From Octopus sinensis (taxonomy: Eukaryota): a stretch of 64,000 bases of DNA. Within the stretch, counting starts at the first letter, position 1. Each line of letters starts with the position of its first letter. The stretch covers positions 112,158,001-112,222,000 of the forward strand of contig NC_042999.1 of the NCBI RefSeq assembly GCF_006345805.1, read 5' to 3'. This document shows, one piece after another, positions 40,366 to 54,780 of the stretch. The notes beneath the pieces were generated by a model that saw only the letters and a list, made by a program, of their open reading frames with translations, did no database searches and was not told where the DNA came from. Position numbers and translations under genes: made by a program.

Positions 40366-41344
40366 TATGCATGAGTGAATATATCAGTTTTAACTCAAGG
40401 ATACTCATTCATGTACACACACACATACATTGTGAAAAAGTTTAAAGTTAAAGCTATGTTCATCAAGAGAATGAATTTGATTAGAAGGAATTCCAACAAC
40501 AAAGACTGGCAAAGTAAAATTAAGCAGATTGTGGTGAAGCAGCTTGAGAAGACGAACTCTAACATAAGAGATCAGCTATCAAATCATTGGAGTTTGCTAA
40601 CTAGTGCTAAGAAACAATTTACCCAGGGGCTAAACACTGGTAGGATTCTAATATAAAATTGATGGGAATAAACACATGAGGGCAAGACCCAAGTATTAAT
40701 ATTTTTCTGCTGAAGGCAATTCAATTTTCCAGTAAAGTAAGAGAGCAATTATAATAGAAATTGGGTCCAAACATCTCAGAAATGCTATTTAAACCACAAA
40801 TAAGAAGAGATGAGCAAAGAGCAAAAATTTATCTTAATGTTGGGATATGAGGATTTATTTCAATATGGTTTAATACTGAAGATCATATATCTGTTTATTT
40901 ATTTTTAAGTATTTTTCCTTTTCTTCTTTCTTCTTTTATGTGTTGTGTGTTTTGTTTTCTTTTTCGTTTTCTTTTTTTCCTCTGCAGGCATAGAGAGAGT
41001 AAATTTATTGCTAATTAGCTTCTGTGAGTGTTTTCATGCCTAATCAGTTTCGTACTAAACTATAAAGTCAAGCTAGTCTTGTAAAAATATTCTCAAAGTT
41101 TATATTGGGTAAAGGTAGATACTACATATAAATACTGGATTGCCACCTGCAGATTTCTGGCTGCTTAATTGGTTAAATTGTCAGGGATTTTAATGAAATT
41201 CTTTCGACCTTAGATCTAACAGCAATCAGGACATTGGTAAAAAAATTCTTTCTGTTTGTCTGTCTGTCTCTCAGTGTCTCTGTCACTCTCTCTCTCTCTT
41301 CTCATGATTTTCACTGATGCACACAGCAGTAATAAAATAATGAC

Positions 41345-41380
<36 letters not shown>

Positions 41381-41814
41381 GGTGGTGGTGTCGGCGGCGG
41401 CGGCGGCGGCGGTGGTTGGGGGGGGGTTGTCATCTTCGTCATGGTGATGATGCTGCTACTGGTAAAATAGGTGTGCTTGTTATGTTGCTGTGATGATTGC
41501 AGTGTGACGTTGGTTGTATTGCAGTGTTGGTTTTACTAGGATGGTGATTACTAGAGATTTAGTGTTATAAAGAAAGGATAGAGGAAAGAGACAATGTAAT
41601 CCTAGAAACACTGTGACTGAAAAGTAGATAAGATAGTCATAATAATATATGCAATGTAACGGGTATGGCAATCAACCACAGAAAAAGATGAACATAAACT
41701 ATACACTGAGTTTTTTCAAAAACCAATACATATGCATATGTACGTATGTTCACATCGTGTGTATATATATGGATAAATAAAACTAACCTGTTCACATAAA
41801 AAATTAAATATATG

Positions 41815-41972
41815 CAAGCATACCTGTGTAGAAAGAAGTTTGTTTCCCAACCACATGGTTCTGGGTTCAGTCTCACTGCATAGCACTTTGGGTAAGTGTC
41901 TTCTACTATAGTCTCAGACCTACCAAAGCTTTGTGAGTGGATTTGGTAGACGGAAGCTGAATGAAGCCCATC

Positions 41973-42067
<95 letters not shown>

Positions 42068-42120
42068 CACATACATACATACATATATATAACAAAAGAG
42101 GGGGTGTATTTCCACGCAGG

Positions 42121-42158
<38 letters not shown>

Positions 42159-42703
42159 GGTAATGTTTATATGCCAACAGAATGTGGCTATCGACACATA
42201 GTTTGTATCTGTATAGCATTTGCAAGGACGGATAACATTCAGAAACCTAAGTCTGTGAGTATCACGTAAGGCTAGAGATGGGATCGATTACCTCCCTTGC
42301 AAATGCTATACGGACACAAACTGTTTGTCGATAGCCAACTGGAAAAGATGTTTCCATGGAGCTAAAACAACAGTAACATCGTCCTTTATAGGGCTGCCAC
42401 ATTCTGTTGGCATATAAACATAACTAACCGGTACTGTTACTGTATATCTCTCGAAACAAGTTGTTTTTCTCTACATATATACGCATGTATGTATCTGTGT
42501 GTGTATCGTTGTGTTTGTCTCACACCACCGCTTGATAACACTGTCGGTGTGTTTACGTCCCTGTAACTTAGCGGTTTGACATAAGAGACGGATAGAATAA
42601 GAACTAGGCTTAAAAAATAAGTCTTGGGTCGATTTGTTCGACTAAGACCCTTCAAGGTGTTGTCCCAGCGTAGCCGCGGTCAAATGACTGAAACAAGTAA
42701 AAG
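41815..42703 (+). mobile_element. SINE family A split at its internal (TA)n by a foldback insertion
   Basis: 5' half 41815-41975 and 3' half ~42490-42703. Confidence 0.7.
42163..42421. mobile_element. Foldback/MITE-like element
   Basis: Perfect 26-bp outer inverted repeat (42163-42188 / 42396-42421) plus ~43-bp inner inverted repeat (42185-42227 / 42295-42337). Confidence 0.75.
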
Positions 42704-42739
42704 ATACGAGGTGCGTTCAAAAAGCATCCGACTAAAAAA

Positions 42740-44745
42740 GCAGTTCTTACGGGCAAAATCACGAGTTGTCGTGACGAGTGTTGATGAAGGGAGCAGTGCT
42801 TTTGAAGGTGGTGATTTCGTGGACGCTGTGCTTGTAGTTTTGTTGCGGTGTGTATTGGATGGGAATGTTTGGTTCTGGAGTGAGTGCCTCAGAAAAAGCA
42901 CGCCTCACTCTGCCGGTAGACACTGTTTCTTTTCTACCATGGTGAAGAGTTTGTCTGCTTGTGCAAGGATACGATAAGGCCCTTTATATGGTTGTATGAA
43001 AGGACCTCTAACAGAATCGTCCTAAAGGAACACATGAGTCCAAGTAGCAATGTCTGCTGCTGGAACAGCAATAGGAACTCTCTGGTGTCGAAAAGACATC
43101 GGTGGAAGATCTGCGAAGTAAGTTTGCAGTCTATATACATAAGATGCAGAATCTTGAGTCGATAAGTCCACAAGTGCCAACATGTTGCCTGGTAGACATA
43201 ATGGGGAACCGTAGAGAAGTTCAGCAGGAGAGTATCCTAAATTCTCTTTCAATGATGAGCGACAACCCAATAGAACAACAGGCAGGTATTCGCCCATCGA
43301 TGAGGATCCGGATAGGCACATAATGGTGCGTTTACTTGACGGTGGTACCGTTCCACCATACCATTCGAGGTTGAATGATAACTAGTCGTCCGGATATGGC
43401 GAACTCCTAAGATGCTTGAAAGTTGTTGGAAAAGTTGGGATTTGAATTGCCTCCTGCGGTCAGTAGTACCCCTCAATGCATCGTCAAAATGTGAAATCCA
43501 ACCTGATATGAGGGTTTGCGCCACTGATTTTGCGCTGATATCCACCAGAAGGATGGTTTCAGGCCAACGTGAAAAGCGGTAGATACAGATAAGTATATAA
43601 GTGGATTTACGACTAACCGGCAAAGGACCAACCAAGTCAATATGGATGTGTTGGAAACGAGCATCTGGAATTTCGAAGGTGCCGAGAGGTGCACGAACAA
43701 GTCTGTGTACTTTAGAGCGCTGGCATTGCAGACAAGAACGCGACCAATCAGTAATATTCCGTCGCATATTCGGCCAGAAAAAAAATGAGTCGTAATAAGC
43801 TTTACTGAAGCAGCTACGCCAGGATGCGACAAGGTGTGCAAAGCGTTAAAAACAATTTGACGATGATATTCAGGAATGAAAGGATGAGGCGAACCCGTAG
43901 AAACATCACATAAAATATTTCGGTCAGTAGTTGACACAGGCAGCTGCTTGAATTTACAATTTGCAAGCTCAGCACACGAAGTGCCCAATGAAGCCAAAGA
44001 AGGTTGGTCAGCAACTAATGCGATCAAATCAATCGAATAAGTAGACAACAACGAACAGACTGGTAGACGCAATAAACCATCAGCAACTACATTACGGAAG
44101 CCGGAGATATGATGGATATCGCTAGAAAATTGCGAGATAAAATCAAGATGTCGTGTCTCTCTAGGAAAGTATTTATCCGACTTTGAATGCAAGGCGAAAG
44201 TAAGAGGTTTATGATCTGTAAATATAGTGAAATCTCTTCCCTCGAGAAAATGACAGAAGTGTTTGACAGCGAGGTAAATCGCTAACAATTTTCTGCTGAA
44301 AGTGCTATAGCGTGTTTCGACTGGCTTGAGCTGGCGAGAAAAGAATGCCAAAGTTTGCAGATTTCCTTGATGAGATTGCTGCAAAATAGCACCAACAGCT
44401 GAATCAGATGCATCAACGGCAAGCGAAAGCTTTAGCATCAGATTTGGGGTATGCCAATAACGATGCTTTAGCAAGCTTACTTTTGACAGTCTGAAAAATC
44501 TCGATAAGTGACGGTGAAAGGAAGATAACCTCGTTCTTTTTCTTGCGGTCCTTCAAGAGACTGTGCAGTGTGAGATAAAACGCTGGTAAAAATTTACCAA
44601 TCCCAGGAAATGGCGAAGCTGCTTAAGAGAAGTTGGAACAGGAAGGTTCTGAATAGCTTGTACCTTCAATGGAAGGGGTTGAATATCGTCGCGATCAATG
44701 ATGTGACCCAAAAATTCCAAAGACGGAAAATTCCAAAAGTGCAGC
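42740..44745 (-). mobile_element. Ty3/Gypsy pol remnant (end of RT, RNase H, integrase)
   Basis: EFLGHII, LRHFLGLVNFY, VDASDSAVGAIL, FTDHKPL, H..SHPG, C..CQRSK, HIDLVGPLP, NGMVERYH, SPAELLYG; frameshifted; no LTR seen. Confidence 0.92.
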
Positions 44746-44970
44746 AGGCTGATCACATCATAAGAAAATCTGACATTATTTGAGGTATATCCAATTGGTT
44801 TCCTTGAACGTTTCCTATGCCAGGAAGAGTGTTGGTTCATCACTTTGAGCCAGAGATAAAGAGACAATCCAAATAGTGGAAACACCCCTCCTCACCTGCT
44901 CCAAAGCAGGCCAAGGTCGTTTCATCTGCAGGGAAGGTGATGGCCTCAGTTGTTTGAGATGAGATGCAAG
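44746..44970 (+). mobile_element. Mariner (irritans/Himar-like) transposase fragment; probable left TIR at 42705-42733
   Basis: CWVHHFEPEIKRQSK*WKHPSSPAPKQAKVVSSAGKVMASV; 'TACGAGGTGCGTTCAAAAAG' TIR-like start on the other side of the Gypsy piece. Confidence 0.75.
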
Positions 44971-45011
44971 AGGCAACTCTTGAAAGTTTATAAAATCCTT
45001 ATGACATCAGC

Positions 45012-45121
<110 letters not shown>

Positions 45122-45723
45122 TAATTCTGAGTTCTTTGGGAAAGTTCTAAGATCTATTTTTCATTTGCATTACATTTTGATCTCTTAAAAATTTGGATGC
45201 AAATTTTCTTTTGACTAACAGGTTGAACAGAATGATGACAGTATTAGTTAATGAGGAAGACTGTATACAAGCTCTTGACCAGTTAAAAATAGTAGCCAAA
45301 TCTAATTTGAATTACACCCTATTGTCTTTAAAAAGATGACCATTTCCATCATTTAGGTATGATATGTCTGAAAATAAGACAATATGGCCACGTGGTATTT
45401 GACCACAGAACTGATCCAATGCATTCAAGGTGTTTCTTGTTGACTATAAGATGTCAGCAAGAGATACAAACAATAGCAACAAAACTTCAACTATGACAGT
45501 AACTACAACCAAACATAAAATAGGCCAACAAAGAGCCTCAACATAGTCAGCCAATGTGCTAGAAATGATAGCCAAATCCTCCTTCAAGTCACACAGTCTC
45601 CTTCAAAACGCCATAATTAATAACAGAGACATTGAGTACAATTACATGTATAACAACATCAGCAATGTGTTCAACAACAATGTTGAGAAACTTCTCATAT
45701 ATTAAATGTTTATCAAAGTATAG

Positions 45724-46131
45724 GCTTAAGAGTGGCTGTGTGGTAAGTAGCTTGCTTACCAACCACATGGTTCCGGGTTCAGTCTCATTGCATGGCACCT
45801 TAGGTAAGTGTCTTCTACTATAGCCTTGAGCTGACCAAAGCCTTGTGAATGAATTTGGCAGATGAAAACTGAAAGACGCCTGTCGTATATATGTATATGT
45901 ATATATATGTGTGTGTGTGTTTGTGTGTCTTTGTTTGTCCCCCCAACATCTCTTGACAACCGATGCTGGTGTGTTTATGCCCCCATAACTTAACGGTTCA
46001 GCAAAAGACACTGATAGAATAAGTACTAGGCTTACAAAGAATAAGTCCTGGGGTCGATTTGCTCGACTAAAGGCGGTACTCCAGCATGGCCACAGTCAAA
46101 TGATTGAAACAAGTAAAAGAGTAAAAGAGTA
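45724..46131 (+). mobile_element. SINE family A, full length
   Basis: A-box-like 'tggctgtgtgg', B-box-like 'gggttcagtc', internal microsatellite, (GTAAAAGA)n tail. Confidence 0.85.
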
Positions 46132-46286
46132 ATAGACATAAAGAAAAAAGATGGACTGAGGGAAATAAATAAAAAGAAAAACAAGAGAGAACAAGCTTTG
46201 AAGGAGAAAAGATTGAGTAAGAGTAGGCCAAAGTGAGAGGGAGGGAGAGAAAAAGAGACAGAGGTATTGAGAAATGAGATCAGCAA

Positions 46287-46339
<53 letters not shown>

Positions 46340-47909
46340 GCATTGTGTCAGTCTCTGCTTGACTTCTTGTTTCTACAATAAGTAATCTATTTGTATATTG
46401 TTATCAAGGCTATTTGAAAATCGCAGGAAAATGTTTTGTATTAACATGTATTATAGGGAAATGATGTCAGGTATCTCACCGGATGAAATAGTAAATAAAA
46501 GTTAATGCTTACACAGAGATTTTTTTGCTTAATTTCTCTTGTTTATGTTTGTTTGGTTTTAAGCTTGTCCTTTAGTTTTACATCCGTTTCATGCTGTGAA
46601 ATGCAGCTTGTCCTGTGCTGTGTATCTGCTATGGTGTTGAGAAGCATGTATGTATGTATGTGTTATGTTGTTTGTTTTCTTGTGTGTGTGTGGTGTTTAA
46701 TATACTAAGTTTTGGTTCCTATTCAGTTCTGCTTAAGCTGGTTTCACGTACAGGTGTAGCCTAAGAAATGAAGAATTTGATCCGCATTTTTAACCTGATC
46801 CAACTTTTTTGTCATCCATGTGTGTGTGTGTGTGTGTTTGTGTGCACGTGTGTGTGTGAGTGTGTGTGTGATGTGTGATGTGTGATGTGTGTGTGTGTGT
46901 GTGTGTAGCAGGTGTGGGGAGTTGTCCCGAAACTTTGATTGTGTTGTTGATTGGCAAACTTCTATTTATCAACTACTCTACCTCTTTATAATGTTACACA
47001 AGAAATAACAGCCAAATTTCAACTCATATTACATGTCACTATAAAAATAGAGCACTTAGGAAACAGAGAAGATGGCCACGCTTGGAATGCTTTTGATAAT
47101 TGGCCTAATTGATGTAACTGATCTTTGAATAAGTAAATATTAACAGCAGGAATGATAGGGTTTAAATGAGCTACGAGGAAAATTAGGTATGAGCAGAATC
47201 AGATATAGTGTACTACAGCATATATTACACTTGTATGAACATGTCATGCAAACGGAAGATGACTGTTGGATTAAAAAATACCCAAGCAATTAAAGTAGAT
47301 GGAGTCTGTAGAAGAAAAAGCCTGAAAAATATGAGAAATGGTAAAGGATTCTCTCAGAATGTTGAATGTCACCATTTCTGAGAGACATCCATAGATCTCT
47401 CTCTTCTCCATTCACTACAACTGATCTACACTCTTACAACCTATCCAACCACATATCATCTCCTTCTCTCTCTTTCACCTACCATCTTTCTTTCTTCTTC
47501 TGCTTACTGTATTTGTTTTGCAATATTATTATTATTGTTTTACTTCTCAGAGTGCTCAGTCTTGTTTGCTCTGGTAGATTCTGTAAGAGCAGACAGCAGC
47601 CTACTGCCAGAGGTCTCACGGAGGTCTCTTTCTGTACATTAAAAGCTTTGATACTTGGTTGTTAATTATCATGGGAGACATTCTACATCCAAGTACTAAT
47701 CTCAAAATCCTAGCTGTCCCCAGAAGAGCAATTTTTGAGCTTACTCTTTTCTCATGTCAATGTTTCATGGCTTGCTCTGTTTTCATATCAATATTTTCAT
47801 TAAGTACCAGTGAAACACTGGAGTCAATGTAATCGACTAGTTCCCTCCCCACAAATTTCAGGCCTTGTGCCTTTAGTAGAAAGGATTATTATCATCATCA
47901 TCATTATTA

Positions 47910-47959
<50 letters not shown>

Positions 47960-47961
<2 letters not shown>

Positions 47962-48270
47962 GGTGTATGATCAGTGGTTAGAGTGTCGAGATTATGATCA
48001 TGAGGTTGTGAGTTCAATTCCCGGACCAGGCTGAGTGTAGTGTTCTTGAGCAAGACACTTTATTTCATGTTGCTCCAGTTCACTCAGCTGTAGAAATGAG
48101 TTGCCGCATCACTGGTGCCAAGCTGTATTGGCCTTTGCCTTTCCTTTGGATAACATCAGTGGTGTGGAGAGGGGAGACTGTTATGCATGGGCGATTGCTG
48201 ATCTTCCACAAACAACCTTGTCTGGACTTGTGCCTCAGAGAGTAACTTTCTAGGTGCAATCTCATGGTCT
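47960..48270 (+). mobile_element. CORE-like tRNA SINE family B
   Basis: Homologous to 56462-56780. Confidence 0.8.
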
Positions 48271-48298
48271 CCTCCTCCTCCTCCTATTATTATTATTA

Positions 48299-48335
<37 letters not shown>

Positions 48336-48408
48336 CATCATCATCATCATCATCATCATTATCATCATTATCATCATCATTATCATCATCATCATCCTCA
48401 TCATTATT

Positions 48409-48455
<47 letters not shown>

Positions 48456-48707
48456 TATTATTATTATTATTATTATATTATTATTATTATTATTATTATT
48501 GCAGAATTGTGTGCCAGGTATAATGCTTAGCAGCATTTTATCCATCTTTAAGCTTTCAGTTCAAGTTCTCCTAAGGTTGACTTTGCCTCTCATCCTTTGC
48601 CCTTCATCTTATTAGGGTCAATAAAGTAAGTACCACTTGAGTACTGGAGTCGACGTAATCAACTATATCCCTCCCCAAATTTCAGGCTTTGTGGCTATAG
48701 TAGAAAA

Positions 48708-48740
<33 letters not shown>

Positions 48741-48741
<1 letters not shown>

Positions 48742-49020
48742 GAGTGAGAGAGCAGTGCATGCCATTAAAGCGACACTGGAGTAAAATATATGACGCCAGT
48801 AGACCCATCATGACTACCTGTCTGATAAGATTACACCAGGCAGATGCATCACATCTATATGTGCGCAATATAATGATCTCATAACAAGATAAACAGTGCA
48901 TGACCTTGCACGTGGGCCCAATTAGAATTTTCTTCATGTCAAACAGCCCATCCTGCTCAAAAGGTCCCTGAATAGGGTTTGTTTAAGGATAATGAACAAA
49001 ACACCTATGTTTCCAAAGGT
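48741..49020 (-). mobile_element. Dong/R4-type 3' UTR, second copy
   Basis: Homologous to 23456-23735; abuts (ATT)n. Confidence 0.65.
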
Positions 49021-49398
49021 TAAATTGAATTGTCCAAGTTTTATATTTGTAGAGTCAGTGTTGAGAATTAATGTTGTTTTCTAGAGCTTCACACTTTTCT
49101 GTGCTACCAGTCATCTCCTCTCCCCTACCTTTTCCAATTCTCGCAACATTAGCTACTGTCTCAGAGCCCAGCCCAAATTCTACAGCTTTCATCTACTCTT
49201 CCTCAAGTGCTGAACTGCCTGAATGGAGTACTGATCCCATATATGGGACAGTCATGTTGCAATGTGTGCAGACATCCTGCTCTACAACCAGAGAAGGCAA
49301 ACTTGATTGATGCACATGTAATCACAAAAGATTGGTTCTGGCCTCTGATGTGACGCATGCTTATTCTCTCTCACTGTCATTTCTGTGGCTATTGTAAT

Positions 49399-49793
49399 CA
49401 GTGGCATAGCTAGGGTAAACCATGCCCTAAAAAAATCCACAAAATGCACCCCATTACTTACAAAATCAATGATATTATATAGTACTTGCTTGTTACAAGT
49501 AATTAATGTTTTAAAGCAATATTTTAGGGATAAATACTTCACCAGGGTTCATTTATATGCCGGTTCAGTACAGCCTGTATTTCAAAATATATTTTTTTAA
49601 TGCTAACTTTTACAAAGCCTCCTTATTTTAACTGTTTAATGCACCAGTTTCCCCCCATTGAATCATTAAAATCTAATGTGTGAAATGAGATGTAATAAAA
49701 AAAATATAATTGTTTGGTCTCATCTTTCTTGCTTTTAATGATGTGCTCCTCTTCAATTGGCACATTTTACTCCTGCCCCTAGTTACACTACTG
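49399..49793. mobile_element. hAT-type MITE with 8-bp TSD
   Basis: TIR CAGTGGCATAGCTAGGG / CCCTAGTTACACTACTG; ATTGTAAT duplicated at 49391-49398 and 49794-49801. Confidence 0.85.
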
Positions 49794-51014
49794 ATTGTAA
49801 TAGCCACAATTCCTTGGAGCTGACAGTTCTTTTACTTCCCAACACAAGCATTCTCAGGCCACTTGTCTCCCCACCTCTTGTCATTTTCCTTGTATCCAAA
49901 CACAATTAGCTTTGCAAATCCACTACAACTAGGCTTTCTTTCTTAGAACATTAGTAAGTTCCTTCCCAAGTCATATAGACTCATAGGGATGGTTTCCCAG
50001 TTCCCCAGTTTCCATAGCATATGTATTACCCACCGGGTTGGGATGCCAGTCCATTGCAGGATTACTCATTTTTGCCAGCAGAGTGGACTGGAGCAACGTG
50101 AGATGAAGTGTTTTGCTCAAGAACACAATACAGTTACTCAGACCAGGAATCAAACCTACAATCTTATGATCATGAGTCCAACACCCTAACCACTAAGCCA
50201 AGTGCCTCCACATCTGAGGACATTGGCCCTCTTTCTTATGTCCTGCCTGCAGGAATTCACAAGCAACAGGTTCAACAGAACATCAATGACATTGAATTCA
50301 CTAATCTTAAAGGGCCTGCAGAGTTCATGAGCAGTCCTCCCTTCTAGAGACACAGCAAATAAAAAATATACATACTCATACAACAGGTTTCTGCACCATT
50401 ACCTGTACAACTAATTGCATATACAAAACATTTATCAAACTGAAGCTGCTGTAGGGACATGCATCTCAAAGTTAGTCTACAGTTTTCTTTATACCAACAT
50501 GTTTCCTCCTTTGGTTATCATAATCAAAATTATTGTAATTATTATAATGATTATTATCCTCATGACCTTTGTTGCCATTGATATCATTATTGTTTGCACT
50601 GTGTGTGTGTGTGTGTGTGTGCGTGCGTGAATGTTTATGTGTGTACACACACACATGCACACATACACATATAGAAAGAGGTAGATATAGATATATATAT
50701 GCATGTGTGTGAGTGTATGTGTGTCTACACCTATTTTTCAATATATATGTATATGCCTGTGTACACACACACACACATATAACACACACACGCACAGATA
50801 TATATACACACATATACACACATATACATATTTATACGTATATATACATATATATATTATACACATACACAAGCATACATGCATGCAAAGCACACACACA
50901 TCATTTTCCAGCTGAGATTAGGGAGAACAATGAAGAATGAAAAACAAAGTAATTAATTTTCTTTGTTACTAATTCAATACACTTGTGTGCATGCAATAAT
51001 GGTTATATATATAT

Positions 51015-51075
<61 letters not shown>

Positions 51076-51635
51076 AAGTATAAGTAATATAATATATATG
51101 ATTAAATAAATATATATATACATATGAGTGTGTGTAGATACACACAGACATTACACTGTACACTCAATCATATATACGTAAATATGTAGACTTGTCCATT
51201 ATATATATTATATTATATTATATTATATTATATTATATTATATTATATATACTATATTATACTATATATATGCATGTGTATATGTGTATATTTATATATA
51301 TATATATGTATGTACATGTATGTGTATGTATCTATGTATGTATATATACATATATAAATACAGGCATATTTATATATGAATTGAAATTTAAAAAATATTT
51401 ATACAGTATTTGATCACTTCATGTGTACCTTTCAATTTTATTTACCTTCTTTTTTACATTTTTTTGCTACATAATACACATACTTATATATTTGTATGTG
51501 TATATATGTGATAACCTATACTGTTGTATTTTTGTGTGTTCATGTGTACATATACACACAAGTATATATGTATTATGTATATATGTATATATAGATAGAT
51601 CGATATTGATATATAGATATACAGATATATATAAT

Positions 51636-51703
<68 letters not shown>

Positions 51704-52055
51704 TGTGTGTGTATGCAGACACATACACATGCATACATATAGAAAGGCTTTGTATATAGAGACACGTGCAGATAAACATTTATGCAATCGATTCTCTGCT
51801 TATTTGCTTTTAAGTAAGATAAAGTACTTAGAGGGTGTGATGGGCAGTTGGAGTGGAAGAAGAGTCGGAGACGGAGTAGGAAGAGGAAGAGAAACAAGGT
51901 ATGAGACTGGGTGGTATGAAATTCTAACATTCTGAAAATCATCAAAACTCTATATACTTGTCTACACAAAATCTACCAGTTTCCTTTGTAAACAAATTTC
52001 AAAACTTCACACATACTATAATAGATATATCTATATCTATATATCCATGTATCTA

Positions 52056-52118
<63 letters not shown>

Positions 52119-52387
52119 TTGTGTGTGTGTGATGCTTATGTTCTTCCTACTTGCATGCATATACAATAAAGAGTTACTTACACTAATACATATAATATTC
52201 TTATACTCTTAATTCTTATCTACCCCACCTCCACCTCTCAGATAAAAAGAGCGTGTATTATGGTTTTGTTGACTTCCTTCCCAGTTATTTATTTTTGTCA
52301 TTCACAACAGAGGTATGTATGTTGCGTGAGTACATATATATATATATATATATGTATGTATATATGTGTTGTATATAGATGTATATA

Positions 52388-52446
<59 letters not shown>

Positions 52447-52514
52447 TTATATATATATATACCACATATAAATATACATACATGTGTGTGTGTGGATATA
52501 ATATATATGTATAT

Positions 52515-52545
<31 letters not shown>

Positions 52546-53087
52546 ATGTACATAACTAAATCAAATGGTTATTATTTACTTTTGATTCAGCAATTGTCTT
52601 TTTAGTCGTGACAATGTATTCTTTTTTTTCACTCCCTTTCTTTTATCTTCCCTTTCTCTCTTTTTAAAGTTGTTGTTTGGTATACTATTTTGTTGTGTAG
52701 TGTTTATCTGTATGGTCGGCTTTTTGTTTTATAATTTTTTTTTTTGCCACTTGTTTTGTTTTTCTCGTGTTTTTATTTTACTTTAATTTCTTTTGTTACC
52801 TTAGTTCAAAAAGTTACTTTTCACTCGATTTTATACATTTTCTTCAAATTTAACAAAATAACCTTTGTTGAAATGCGATTTGTTTTGATATCATTGTTTG
52901 GGAAACAAAATGTCTAGTTACTTTTTTGTATTTGTTTTTAATTGGGTTTTTTTTTTTTACACATTATGATAAGTTTTATTACAATAATAATTATTACTGT
53001 TGCTGCTGCTGGTGTTGCTAATATTCCTGATGATTTTTATGCTGATATTAATGATGAAAATTATGTTATTATTTGTTATTTACATCA

Positions 53088-53159
<72 letters not shown>

Positions 53160-54435
53160 AATGCACTCAGGCTTTGTGGAAGCATTTGAATCATTTCTTA
53201 CCTTGCATATACAGTTTTCATTTGATGAGAAAGTTTACAGAAATAATTTATTTTTGTTTGTGTAAGAACCCCATGGTTTTCAATTAATAAATATGAATTA
53301 ATTATTATGTTTTTTTCCATTAAATTTAATTTATCTTCAGCAAAAACATTCCTGAAGTTTGCAGGAATGATATATTGATGGTGAAGATATGTTTTTATAC
53401 AACTAAGTTGAACATTAATCCACAGATTTGGATATGGATTATGTTTAATTGCATAACCATGAACTAAAATTTGCCAGTAAGATTATTCCAGCTATGAAAT
53501 TTTGAATTTGAGAGAACTTGCCAATAAAAACCCTATAAATTTCAAGAAAGTCATAATTTATTTCATCTAGGCTGAAAAATGAATGTTTGTGCTTATATAT
53601 ACATTGGGTTGATCTCTGTTGTTTGTTTTTACCTTAGTACACTATACTATTAAATTTGTTGAACATCAAGTGGGTAATTCAAACAAATTCTACAGCTGCA
53701 TGATTGCTCTTGGTCAGCTAATTACCTGTCCATTCCATTCAATTCTAACAAGCTGAATAACTAACCTTAGCAGAGTTCCTTTATAATATCTTATACTTAT
53801 GTCGTAACAGAAAATGGTACACTATCAAATTAAAGAATTCCCTAGCTATGTTAATTCTTACTGTTACATTAGATATCAAGTTGTTTTTGATGCAGGTGGA
53901 TAAGTTGCTTACCTTTGTACATCTATTAATCTCTCATTTGGTTTATGGTACTGTCTCAGACTATTGTTATCTAGTCTCAAGACTGTATCTATAGAATTAA
54001 TAGGCTTGGCTATAGGCACAGGCATGGTTGTGTGGCAAGAAGCTTACTTCCCAACCACATGGTTCTGGGTTCAGTCCCACTGCATGTCATCTTGGGTGTC
54101 TTCTGTTATAACCTTGGGCCAACAAAAAGCCTTGTGAGTGGATTTGGTAGACAGAAACTGTAACAAGCCCATTTTGTATGTGTCTGTGTGTGTGTATATA
54201 TGCATGCATATATATAGATATATACATATATATATTATATATACATACACACAAACACATATATAAGTCGATTAGTGTGTTTAAATGTTGAGTAGAACAC
54301 CAGTACAGTTTAGGTTACCTGTTGTCGTCCACAGTAGTGGTATACTTCCGTTGAATCCACTTCAGGAACTCCACAGTAGCAGTTAGACTAATAATATTAA
54401 TTAGCAGGTGATGGATTCAATGATATAAAACTTTA

Positions 54436-54488
54436 TTGGGTACAATATGTGTTTCGACCCATCAGTCTGGGTCTCATCAGCTACATTC
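54436..54488 (-). ncRNA. Partly decayed hammerhead ribozyme (PLE pseudo-LTR-like context)
   Basis: CTGATGA-GACCCA.gactga.TGGGTC-GAAA-CACATATTG-TA, followed shortly by AATAAA; stem I does not pair well. Confidence 0.5.
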
Positions 54489-54780
54489 ATAAAGATATGG
54501 CTCACTACAGATTTTTACTGTTGGCCAGCATGCTGTTATATGCCCATCAAGTTAGGGAATGAATAAAATAAATAATATTACAGAAACGCAATAAATTCAA
54601 ATATGAAGATGGGGATCTTTCGTTCCAACTTAGATAAAATGACCTAATCAGCTTTAATTGTCATAAATGCTTACAGGAAAAACAAAGTAGAAGGAAAATG
54701 GAAGAGTAATACTTAATAAGAAGTTTTATGTTCAATCAAATACATACAGACAGAGGCACACATACACAGATATATATATA

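Noticed and set aside
44553-44885. 110-aa ORF as a novel gene
   Set aside because: Chimera of antisense mariner sequence and Gypsy RT
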